A stretch of 32,000 bases of DNA, taken from NCBI RefSeq assembly GCF_000018465.1, contig NC_010085.1, forward strand, positions 240,001-272,000, written 5' to 3'. Position 1 is the first letter of the stretch. Each line of letters opens with the position of its first letter. This document shows positions 9,076-16,777 of the stretch, in pieces. The DNA comes from Nitrosopumilus maritimus SCM1. Its GTDB lineage: Archaea > Thermoproteota > Nitrososphaeria > Nitrososphaerales > Nitrosopumilaceae. The notes beneath the pieces were generated by a model. That model ran no database searches. It saw only the letters and a program-made list of their open reading frames with translations, and was not told the DNA's origin. Made by a program: the position numbers and the translations under genes.

Positions 9076-10628
9076 TGGAATACGCATTATTACAGGCAGT
9101 TTTCTTGCCACTACTCTTATCTCCAATAGCCTACATCTTGGGAAGAAAAGTAGGACCAACTCCTGCCATGTGGTTCACATTTGCAATATTACTTTACACC
9201 ACAATCCTTGTAGTTAATGCAGCATTATCTGGAACTGTAGAAGAACACTATCCATGGACTGAACAATTTGGTGAATTTGGTTTCTTACTTGATGGTTTGG
9301 CATCTCCATTTGCAATAATCATCTATGTGTTATCCACAATTTTGGTACTTTATTCAAAACCATACATGATTCACAAATTCCATGAACAATTTGAAGAAGA
9401 ACAAAAAATCAATCCTTCTTCAAGTGGACAAAGTTCTGTTGTTGAATCCTCTGCTCTTTCTAATTATGTAAATGCAAAATCTGGTCTTTACTTTGCACTT
9501 TATCTTGTATTTGCAATGGGAATGCTTGGAACTGTCATGTCCACAAACCTGATTGAATTTTACATATTCTTTGAGGTTATGTTGATTCCTGGTTTCTTCT
9601 TAGTTGCTCTTTGGGGTGATGGTCCAAGAAGAAAGATTGGTTTAATGTTCCTCTTTTGGACTCACGCTGGTGCAGTTGTTTTACTATTAGGATTCTTAAT
9701 GATTGGACTGACGATTGGTAGCTTTGATTTTGCTGATATCAAAGAATCTGAAATTCCTCAAGATGTCGTAATGATTTCTGCAATTGCTATTGCGATTGGT
9801 CTTGGAGTAAAACTGGCTGTCTTTATGTTCCATGTTTGGTTACCTTATGTCCACGGTTCAGCACCTACACCAATTAGTGCACTTTTGTCCCCTGCAATGA
9901 TCGGAATTGGTGCATATGGTGTCTTTAGATTAATTGTTGAATTCTTACCGTCCACATTTGCAGAGTTGTCTATTTGGTTCCACATTTGGGGTCTTGTTAC
10001 AATGCTTTATGGTGGTGCAATGGCCTTGATGCAAGATGATCTAAAACGATTACTTGCTTATTCTAGTATCAGTCAGATGGGATACCTGCTATTTGGTATT
10101 GGCTCCATGTCTGCAATGGGTCTTGCAGGTGCTGAGATGATGTACATCACTCACGGACTTGGAAAAGGTATTCTCTTCATGATGGCTGGAATTATAATTG
10201 TCAAAGTCGGTACACGTAGTATCTCTAAACTTGGTGGTCTTGCTGGAAAGATGCCAATTACTGCAGTTTGTGCAGTTATTGGTGCACTTACAATTATGGG
10301 TGTTCCACCAACCAGTGGATTTATGGGAGAATGGATTCTATTTTACGGAGCATTAGAAACTGCTATTGAAGAAGGTTCTACACTTAGAGCAGTAACATTT
10401 GGTCTTGGACTTGTTGCAACTGCACTAACAATGGCTTACATGTTATGGATGCTAAAACGTGTCTTCTTTGGTAAGACACCTGAACATCTAGAGAAAGTCA
10501 AAGAAGGAAGTTGGTATATGACAGCACCAATGATGGTACTAGCTGGATTTACTGTTGTACTTGGAATTTATCCAGATATTTTCTTGAAGACAATCTTACC
10601 TTACATGAACGGAGTGTTGGGAATCTAA
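9075..10628 (+). CDS. nuoM: NADH-quinone oxidoreductase subunit M (antiporter-like)
   Basis: Mrp-antiporter-like subunit. FHVWLPYVHGSAPTPISALLS plus size and position distinguish it from L and N. TAATG overlap with nuoK. Confidence 0.88.
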   Translation: MEYALLQAVFLPLLLSPIAYILGRKVGPTPAMWFTFAILLYTTILVVNAALSGTVEEHYPWTEQFGEFGFLLDGLASPFAIIIYVLSTILVLYSKPYMIHKFHEQFEEEQKINPSSSGQSSVVESSALSNYVNAKSGLYFALYLVFAMGMLGTVMSTNLIEFYIFFEVMLIPGFFLVALWGDGPRRKIGLMFLFWTHAGAVVLLLGFLMIGLTIGSFDFADIKESEIPQDVVMISAIAIAIGLGVKLAVFMFHVWLPYVHGSAPTPISALLSPAMIGIGAYGVFRLIVEFLPSTFAELSIWFHIWGLVTMLYGGAMALMQDDLKRLLAYSSISQMGYLLFGIGSMSAMGLAGAEMMYITHGLGKGILFMMAGIIIVKVGTRSISKLGGLAGKMPITAVCAVIGALTIMGVPPTSGFMGEWILFYGALETAIEEGSTLRAVTFGLGLVATALTMAYMLWMLKRVFFGKTPEHLEKVKEGSWYMTAPMMVLAGFTVVLGIYPDIFLKTILPYMNGVLGI

Positions 10629-10629
10629 T

Positions 10630-12708
10630 ATGGCAACTGAATCTATCGGTTTACCATTTGAAGCAACATCTGCTGCAGCATGGCTAGTTTGGATTCTGCC
10701 ATTTGCTGCCGCACTCATCATGCCTGGTATTGGAAAAATCTCAAAAAGAGCAACAGGTTACGTCGCAGTTGGATTTGCATTAATGAGTGCACTATCAGCT
10801 GCATCTTTGTTACCAGTTGCAATTGAAGCTTCAGAAATTCATCATCAAATTATGTGGATTGAGGCAATTGGTTTGAAAGGTGGTGTATTAGCTGATCCAC
10901 TTTCAGTAATTATGGCAAATGTTGTTGCATGGATTTCATTCCTCATTATGATTTACAGTACAGGTTACATGAAAGGCGATAAAGATATAACAAGATTCTG
11001 GTTCTGGATGATGTTCTTTATTGGTTCAATGCAAATTATTGTGTTATCTGATAACTTACTCCAAGTATTCTTTGGATGGGAGGGTGTAGGTCTTGCATCT
11101 TATGCATTGATCAGCTTTTGGTATCGTGATAAAAAGAAGGATCATGTTGGACAAGAAGGACGTACCGTTCTTGGTTTGTTAGATTATTATGCTCCAACAC
11201 ATGCTGGTATGAAGGCATTCATCATGACCAAAGTCGGTGATGTGATGATGATTGCGGGTATGCTTTTGATATTTTTGTTTGCTGGAACATTTGGTTTCAA
11301 GGAACTGATGGGAGATCATGAATGGGCTATTGCTATGAATGCTCAAGGTATGTTGGTTCCTGCATTTGTGTTGCTATTTGGTGGTGCAATAGGTAAATCT
11401 GCACAATTCCCATTAAACGAATGGCTCTTAGAAGCAATGACTGGTCCAACTGCAGTTTCAGCATTAATTCACGCAGCAACAATGGTTAAAGCTGGTGTAT
11501 TCTTAGTTGCAAGAATTGGACCAATTGTATTTGCACTAGGCGCTGCAGGAATTATGGCAGACCAATTCTTTGAGATTGTTGCATGGGTTGGTGCAATAAC
11601 TGCATTATTACTTGCAACTCAAGGTATGGTTAATCCAGAAATCAAGAAAGTTCTAGCATATTCTACTGGTTCACAAATTGGTTACATGATGATGGCATTA
11701 GGTGTTGCAGGACTGTCTCATCAATATGTTGATGGTTATACTGCAGGATTCTTCCACTTAATTTCTCACGCAATGTTCAAAGCCTCATTATTCATGGCAG
11801 CAGGTTCTCTGTTACACATTGTTGGTTCTCGTTTCATGACAGATATGGGTGGTTTGCGAAAACATATGAAAAAGACGTATGCTTTCATGTGGGCTGCCGG
11901 TCTTGGTTTAATGGGAGCGCCATTTATCACAACAGGTTTCTGGAGTAAAGATGCAATCTTTGCAGCAGTTTATACCTCTGGAAATGAATGGGCATTACCG
12001 CTATTTGCAATTGCAGTGTTAACTGCAATAATTACAGCATTCTATACTACAAGAATGATTGGTATGGTCTTCTTTGGTAACAAGAGCAAACATATCCAAA
12101 AGATGGAAGAAGAAGGACATCACATCCATGAAGCATCATTATCGATGTGGGCTCCATACGGAATTCTTGCAGTTCTAACTATTGGAATTGGATTAATCGG
12201 ATTATCTACAGAACATGGATTGCACCATATGTTTGAGGTATATCTTGAAGATTCATTTGGAATTCACAGTGAACATGCAAAAGCTGAAGCCTCAATATTG
12301 CCAGAATTCTTGAAAGGAATTAATCCAGTAGCACTTGGTGCCTCACTTGTTGCATTTGCAATAGGTATTGGATTAGGTTACATATTCTATATTGGTAGAT
12401 GGGTTGATCCTGTCAAATTTGTAAATTCAAACATTTTCTTTTACGCAATTCACAAAGTTATCTTAAGCAGATGGTATCTCAATGCAATAGTGTATTGGTG
12501 CTTTGTAATAGCCCCATTATGGTTAGCAAGAGGTGTATTCAGATACTTTGAAAAGACAGCTATCGATTACGGTATGAATGACGGATTCCAGAAAGCAACT
12601 GCCTGGGGTGCAAAAGTTGTACAAGGAACTCAGACTGGTGTTTCCCAATCATATCTATTCGTATTTGGAGCAGGATTACTATTCGTGGTTCTGATATTGT
12701 TGATGTAG
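10630..12708 (+). CDS. nuoL: NADH-quinone oxidoreductase subunit L (antiporter-like, long C-terminal extension)
   Basis: FPLNEWLLEAMTGPTAVSALIHAATMVKAGVFL is the NuoL signature. At 692 aa it has a C-terminal amphipathic/TM extension. Confidence 0.92.
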   Translation: MATESIGLPFEATSAAAWLVWILPFAAALIMPGIGKISKRATGYVAVGFALMSALSAASLLPVAIEASEIHHQIMWIEAIGLKGGVLADPLSVIMANVVAWISFLIMIYSTGYMKGDKDITRFWFWMMFFIGSMQIIVLSDNLLQVFFGWEGVGLASYALISFWYRDKKKDHVGQEGRTVLGLLDYYAPTHAGMKAFIMTKVGDVMMIAGMLLIFLFAGTFGFKELMGDHEWAIAMNAQGMLVPAFVLLFGGAIGKSAQFPLNEWLLEAMTGPTAVSALIHAATMVKAGVFLVARIGPIVFALGAAGIMADQFFEIVAWVGAITALLLATQGMVNPEIKKVLAYSTGSQIGYMMMALGVAGLSHQYVDGYTAGFFHLISHAMFKASLFMAAGSLLHIVGSRFMTDMGGLRKHMKKTYAFMWAAGLGLMGAPFITTGFWSKDAIFAAVYTSGNEWALPLFAIAVLTAIITAFYTTRMIGMVFFGNKSKHIQKMEEEGHHIHEASLSMWAPYGILAVLTIGIGLIGLSTEHGLHHMFEVYLEDSFGIHSEHAKAEASILPEFLKGINPVALGASLVAFAIGIGLGYIFYIGRWVDPVKFVNSNIFFYAIHKVILSRWYLNAIVYWCFVIAPLWLARGVFRYFEKTAIDYGMNDGFQKATAWGAKVVQGTQTGVSQSYLFVFGAGLLFVVLILLM

Positions 12709-12720
12709 GAGAGATATGAG

Positions 12721-14205
12721 ATGTTAGAAATTACTTCCACACCATTAATACTAATTGCAATTTTAGGAACCGTTGGAGTTATTCTTCCAATTATTAGCAT
12801 TGCAAGAAAAGAAAAAGGCTCTAACTCATTTTATGCTGTAATTGCATTTGCCGCATTAATCGTGTCAATGGCCTATGTTGGCTATGAATTCATTAATGAA
12901 AACGTTGCTGCATCTGCTCTATTTTCTGATGATGTAATTGTAGATGATGCGTTTGGTGGATTCTTTGCAATTGCAATGTTGATTGTTGCATTGTTCACAA
13001 CAGTTGGCTCCTTTAATTATATGAGAAAACACAACTCTCCTGCTGTTTACTATTCACTAATCTTACTTGCAACAATCGGTATGATTCTTGTTGCATATTC
13101 AACTGATTTGGTAATGTTGTTTGTTGCTTGGGAACTCATGAGTATTCCAACATACATTTTGGTTGGATATATGAAAAAGAACCCAAGCTCAAATGAAGCC
13201 GCATTAAAGTACTTCTTGTTTGGCGCACTGTCTTCTGCAATAATCGTTTACGGAATTGCAATATCTTATGGATTAACTGGTTCTACAAATATTGGAGAAG
13301 TTATTGAAGGATACTCAACACTTGATCCATCCCTATTGCCATTAGCATTACTCTCAGTTGGAATGTTTATTGCAGGATTTGGATTCAAGATGGGACTTGT
13401 TCCATTCCATCAATGGCTCCCAGATACCTATGAAGGTGCACCATCTCCAGTTACTGCACTTCTTGCAGCTGCAACCAAAAAAGCAGGATTTGCTGCTGCT
13501 ATCAGAATCATAGTACTTGGAATGATGGCTCTAAATCTTGATTGGACTTTAGCTCTCGGAATTATTGCTGTGATGACTATGACAATCGGTAATGTTGCAG
13601 CAATCATGCAAAAGAATCTCTCAAGAATGTTGGCTTATTCTAGTATTGCACATGCTGGATACATCTTGATTGGATTAGCAGTTGCTCCATACAGCTCTCT
13701 TGGCTTACAAGGTTCCTTGTATCAAATATTCAACCATGCCGTGATGAAAGGTGCTGCCTTTATTGCAATTGCAGGAATTGTAACAACCCTTGCTGTAACT
13801 CATATTGATAAACTCAAAGGACTTGGAAGACGAATGCCTATCACTGCTTTAGGTATGGTGATTTCATTATTTGCTCTTGCAGGCGTTCCTCCACTTTCAG
13901 GATTTTGGAGTAAATTGATGTTGTTTGGAAGTGCATTAGATGCTAGTACTGCATTATGGTGGGCTCCATGGCTTGCAATTGCAGGTGTTCTTAACAGTGC
14001 ATTATCACTTGCTTACTATGGTTGGATTACAAGAAAGATGTACTTTGAAGGAGAAACCGAAAAGAGAGTTTCTGAACCAAAATCAATTGTAGCAGTAATG
14101 ATATTCTCAATCATCTTCTTAGTAGGATTCGGTGTTTATCCAGAACCACTACTCAAATTTGTAGAGTTTGCAACACCAGTCGTTAGTTTAGGACTTATGC
14201 CTTAA
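12721..14205 (+). CDS. nuoN: NADH-quinone oxidoreductase subunit N (antiporter-like)
   Basis: VPFHQWLPDTYEGAPSPVTALLAAATKKAGF is the NuoN signature. Last gene of the cluster. Confidence 0.92.
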   Translation: MLEITSTPLILIAILGTVGVILPIISIARKEKGSNSFYAVIAFAALIVSMAYVGYEFINENVAASALFSDDVIVDDAFGGFFAIAMLIVALFTTVGSFNYMRKHNSPAVYYSLILLATIGMILVAYSTDLVMLFVAWELMSIPTYILVGYMKKNPSSNEAALKYFLFGALSSAIIVYGIAISYGLTGSTNIGEVIEGYSTLDPSLLPLALLSVGMFIAGFGFKMGLVPFHQWLPDTYEGAPSPVTALLAAATKKAGFAAAIRIIVLGMMALNLDWTLALGIIAVMTMTIGNVAAIMQKNLSRMLAYSSIAHAGYILIGLAVAPYSSLGLQGSLYQIFNHAVMKGAAFIAIAGIVTTLAVTHIDKLKGLGRRMPITALGMVISLFALAGVPPLSGFWSKLMLFGSALDASTALWWAPWLAIAGVLNSALSLAYYGWITRKMYFEGETEKRVSEPKSIVAVMIFSIIFLVGFGVYPEPLLKFVEFATPVVSLGLMP

Positions 14206-15046
14206 ATGAAGTAAATTTAATTAAATTATCTAAATTTATTTTTGCATCACTATCTGGAATCTTTCTTAAACTTGTTCTTGCTTTTTCAGAATATTCCTTT
14301 AACAACTCTTCCATTTTGTTAAAGACATCTCTTGGGTCTGAACTTTTTTTAATCAATATATTGAACAATTTGTCTTCGTTTTTCCAATCTAACAAATCAT
14401 CTCTAATTTGATAAGCAATTCCAATATTTTTTCCATATTCTGTTAATCCTTCAATTTGTTCTTCTGTTCCGTTTGCAATGATTGCACCTGTTCTAGCTGC
14501 TACTTCAAATGCAGTTGCAGTTTTGTATTCTATAACTTTGAGATAATCATCAAATGTAACATCTTCACTTGTTTCTAACCTGTTTTCAATCATTTCTCCT
14601 TCACTCATTAGCATTGCAGTAGTTGCCAAATCTTTTGTTATTCTAGGATTATCTAATCTAGAACATACTGCTAAAATTAATCCTAAAACAAAATCTCCAG
14701 TAAGCACACTGGTATTATATCCATATTTGATATGGAATGGATCCTTTTGTCTTCTCATTGTTTCATTGTCAATAATATCATCATGGATAATGGATTCCAT
14801 ATGCAAAAATTCAACTGCACATGATGCTGCAAACGTATTATCATCAACCTTCCCGATACTTTCGGCTGATAGTGTGAGGATAATCGGCCTGATTCGTTTT
14901 CCTCCTTCTAGAGAATATTTCAAAGGCTCAATGAACTCTGATTCTGAATACAAATCTAGTTCTTTATCTAGAGCTTGATCAATTTTTTTGATATATTCTC
15001 CATATGTCTCAAGTAAAGGATTAATCTCGATGTTTTTTCTGTCCAA
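14195..15046 (-). CDS. Short-chain (E)-polyprenyl diphosphate synthase (GGPP synthase-like)
   Basis: First and second Asp-rich motifs, IHDDIIDN and IRDDLLD. TTG start at 15046 with no nearby in-frame ATG. The 3' end overlaps nuoN convergently by 11 nt. Confidence 0.85.
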   Translation of the reverse strand: MDRKNIEINPLLETYGEYIKKIDQALDKELDLYSESEFIEPLKYSLEGGKRIRPIILTLSAESIGKVDDNTFAASCAVEFLHMESIIHDDIIDNETMRRQKDPFHIKYGYNTSVLTGDFVLGLILAVCSRLDNPRITKDLATTAMLMSEGEMIENRLETSEDVTFDDYLKVIEYKTATAFEVAARTGAIIANGTEEQIEGLTEYGKNIGIAYQIRDDLLDWKNEDKLFNILIKKSSDPRDVFNKMEELLKEYSEKARTSLRKIPDSDAKINLDNLIKFTSFKA

Positions 15047-15089
15047 GATGGCCTCTATTGAAAAAATTTTCTCATTGTTAATTAAATCT

Positions 15090-15183
15090 TGGTGCTCCAG
15101 CCGGGATTTTCATCGATTGATTTTGAACCCGGGATCACTGCCTTGAAAGGGCAGTATGCTTGACCGGTCTACACCACTGGAAC
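15090..15183 (-). tRNA. tRNA-Glu(UUC) with encoded CCA and a 15-nt insert (putative non-canonical intron) in the T-loop
   Basis: Reverse complement: GTTCCAG TG GTGTAGACCGGTCAAGCAT A CTGCC CTTTCAA GGCAG TGATC CCGGG [22 nt] CCCGG CTGGAGC A CCA. The acceptor stem forms 7 bp (one G-U) and the anticodon loop is CT-TTC-AA. The T-stem CCGGG/CCCGG encloses 22 nt (15106-15127 on +) instead of 7. Confidence 0.85.
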
Positions 15184-15230
15184 CCAAGAAAATTCTGTAT
15201 TTTGACCATAAAATCTTTTGTAAACCACAA

Positions 15231-15261
15231 AGATTTTTTTATTGGCAAATTTGGAGTCAAA
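15231..15261 (+). promoter_or_regulatory. Promoter of the CADD-like gene: AGATTTTTTTATT (TATA-like) plus the 15-mer AAATTTGGAGTCAAA
   Basis: The T-rich TATA-like element is centred about 25 nt before the ATG at 15264, which implies a leaderless or near-leaderless mRNA. The 15-mer at 15247-15261 is repeated exactly at 25211-25225, in the equivalent position of the tkt operon promoter. Confidence 0.35.
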
Positions 15262-15263
15262 CC

Positions 15264-15896
15264 ATGAACATAACTCAAAAAATTGATGAAATGATTGAAG
15301 AAAGAAGTTTACTAAAACATCCATTTTACCAAGCATGGTCTGATGGAAAATTAACAAAAGAATCTCTAGCCGGATATTCTAAAGAATATTTCCAACTAGT
15401 AAAAGAGGTTCCATCTTTTATGGCTCCAATTATTCAACAAGCTCCAGAGTCAGTTGTAAAAGAATTAGTTGAAAATCAACAAGAAGAATCTGATCATATT
15501 AAACCCTGGATTGCTTTTGCAGGCGAACTTGGAATCTCTGAAGAAGAATTACTATCATATTCCGGTTTACCAAAAACAAGAAAAGCTGTATCTGATTTGA
15601 ATGAATTAATGGATACTTTTGAAGGTGGCGCATGTGCAATGTATGCATTTGAAAAAGAAATTCCAAAAATCAGTCAAACAAAACTTGATGGTTTAGCAGA
15701 ATTCTATGGTATGACTAGTGATGAAGCAACAGAATACTTCAAACTACATACAGAAGCTGACATTAGACACGCAGCATCATGGAGAAACATTCTTGAAAAA
15801 TCTTCAACTGATTATGACAAATTAATTGAGATAGCAGAAAAATCTATCTCAGCACAAAATTTGTTATTGGACAGTTGTTTTGAAGAATACTGTTAA
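15264..15896 (+). CDS. CADD/PqqC-like haem-oxygenase-fold di-iron protein (possible 4-aminobenzoate synthase type)
   Basis: LLKHPFYQAWSDGKLTKESLAGYSKEYFQLV N-terminus and metal-ligand-like spacing EESDH ... FEKE ... HTEADIRH (H-x3-D-x2-H). I start at the ATG at 15264 because the ORF-track start at 15156 lies inside the tRNA-Glu gene. Confidence 0.6.
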   Translation: MNITQKIDEMIEERSLLKHPFYQAWSDGKLTKESLAGYSKEYFQLVKEVPSFMAPIIQQAPESVVKELVENQQEESDHIKPWIAFAGELGISEEELLSYSGLPKTRKAVSDLNELMDTFEGGACAMYAFEKEIPKISQTKLDGLAEFYGMTSDEATEYFKLHTEADIRHAASWRNILEKSSTDYDKLIEIAEKSISAQNLLLDSCFEEYC

Positions 15897-15937
15897 TCTC
15901 ATAACATTTTATACCTAAGAAAAAATTCATCTGCTTA

Positions 15938-16011
15938 GGGCCCGTAACTCAGCTTGGTAGAGTAACCGGCTCATAACCGGTGAGCCAAGGGATCGAAGCC
16001 CTTCGGGCCCA
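15938..16011 (+). tRNA. tRNA with anticodon CAU (elongator Met or Ile2; not a classical archaeal initiator)
   Basis: GGGCCCG TA ACTC AGCTTGGTA GAGT A ACCGG CTCATAA CCGGT GAGCC AAGGG ATCGAAG CCCTT CGGGCCC A gives a perfect 7-bp acceptor stem. CCA is not encoded. TATA-like TTTTATAC lies at 15907-15914, about 27 nt upstream. An oligo-T tract follows. Confidence 0.9.
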
Positions 16012-16054
16012 TTATTTTCAATTAGTTTTAAAATAAGCAAAATCAAATTTTACT

Positions 16055-16117
16055 GGCTGCAATGAAGAATCAGAGTTATATCTGAATGATGATTGGAAGG
16101 CATTTGTCTGAGCTGCC
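16055..16117 (+). ncRNA. Candidate C/D-box sRNA (2'-O-methylation guide), tentative
   Basis: GGCUGC-A-AUGAAGA(C-like)-13 nt-CUGA(D')-AUGAUGA(C')-15 nt-CUGA(D)-GCUGCC. The flanks GGCTGC/GCTGCC pair at 5 of 6 positions as a terminal stem. Caveats: the C box has one deviation, the spacers are 13 and 15 nt rather than 12, and D' abuts C'. Confidence 0.3.
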
Positions 16118-16121
16118 AAAC

Positions 16122-16727
16122 TTATTTAGCAATTTGATTTTTCACTTTTTCCAAAATCTCGTCATCTACTAGATTCTGTTCATGTAATGCTTCTGTAATT
16201 TGTAAAATATTCAGAATTGAATGCATTTTTACATCTAATTCATTCAAGGCTTCATCTGCTCCCTCCATTCTGTTTACAATCACATAAGCATCTTTTACTG
16301 AAATGTTGACTTCTTTTAATGACTTGATTGCATTCACAACAGAACCTCCTGTTGTTGCAACATCATCTATCATAACTACTTGCATTCCATCATGAATTTT
16401 ACCTTCAACTGATTTTGAAGTTCCATAATCTTTTGGTTTACTTCTAACATAGATCAATGGTTTTACTGTTTCAATTGCCAGTGCTGATGCAATAACCAAA
16501 CCTCCTGTAGGTACTGAAACTATTGAATCAAACTTGTCTAATCCTATATTTTGCGCAATCTCATTTTCTAGATATTTGACCATTTTCCTAAATTCTTGAG
16601 GATAACTTGGAACTAGTCTTAGATCTACATAGTATGAACTCTTTTTTCCACTGGCTAGTGTAAAATCTCCAAATTTTATGATGCCCTTTTGATGCAAAAA
16701 GGTTGCAAACTCTTTTACAAATTCCAT
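16122..16727 (-). CDS. pyrE: Orotate phosphoribosyltransferase
   Basis: Type I PRTase PRPP-binding motif VVMIDDVATTGGS. The size and N-terminal FGDFTLASGKKSSYYVD are typical of PyrE. Confidence 0.9.
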   Translation of the reverse strand: MEFVKEFATFLHQKGIIKFGDFTLASGKKSSYYVDLRLVPSYPQEFRKMVKYLENEIAQNIGLDKFDSIVSVPTGGLVIASALAIETVKPLIYVRSKPKDYGTSKSVEGKIHDGMQVVMIDDVATTGGSVVNAIKSLKEVNISVKDAYVIVNRMEGADEALNELDVKMHSILNILQITEALHEQNLVDDEILEKVKNQIAK

Positions 16728-16777
16728 ACCAAAATTAACTACACTGGATTTATTTTGGTTTGTATTATGAATGAATT

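Noticed and set aside
14195-14205. Convergent 3'-end overlaps (nuoN/polyprenyl synthase 11 nt; also the LarA-like/M50 protease pair at 17852-17860).
   Set aside because: Short convergent overlaps are common in compact archaeal genomes. Nothing suggests regulatory antisense function beyond that.
15156-15263. N-terminal 36 codons of the ORF-track version of the CADD-like gene.
   Set aside because: This stretch overlaps the tRNA-Glu gene (up to 15183) and both promoters. The conserved protein begins at the ATG at 15264.
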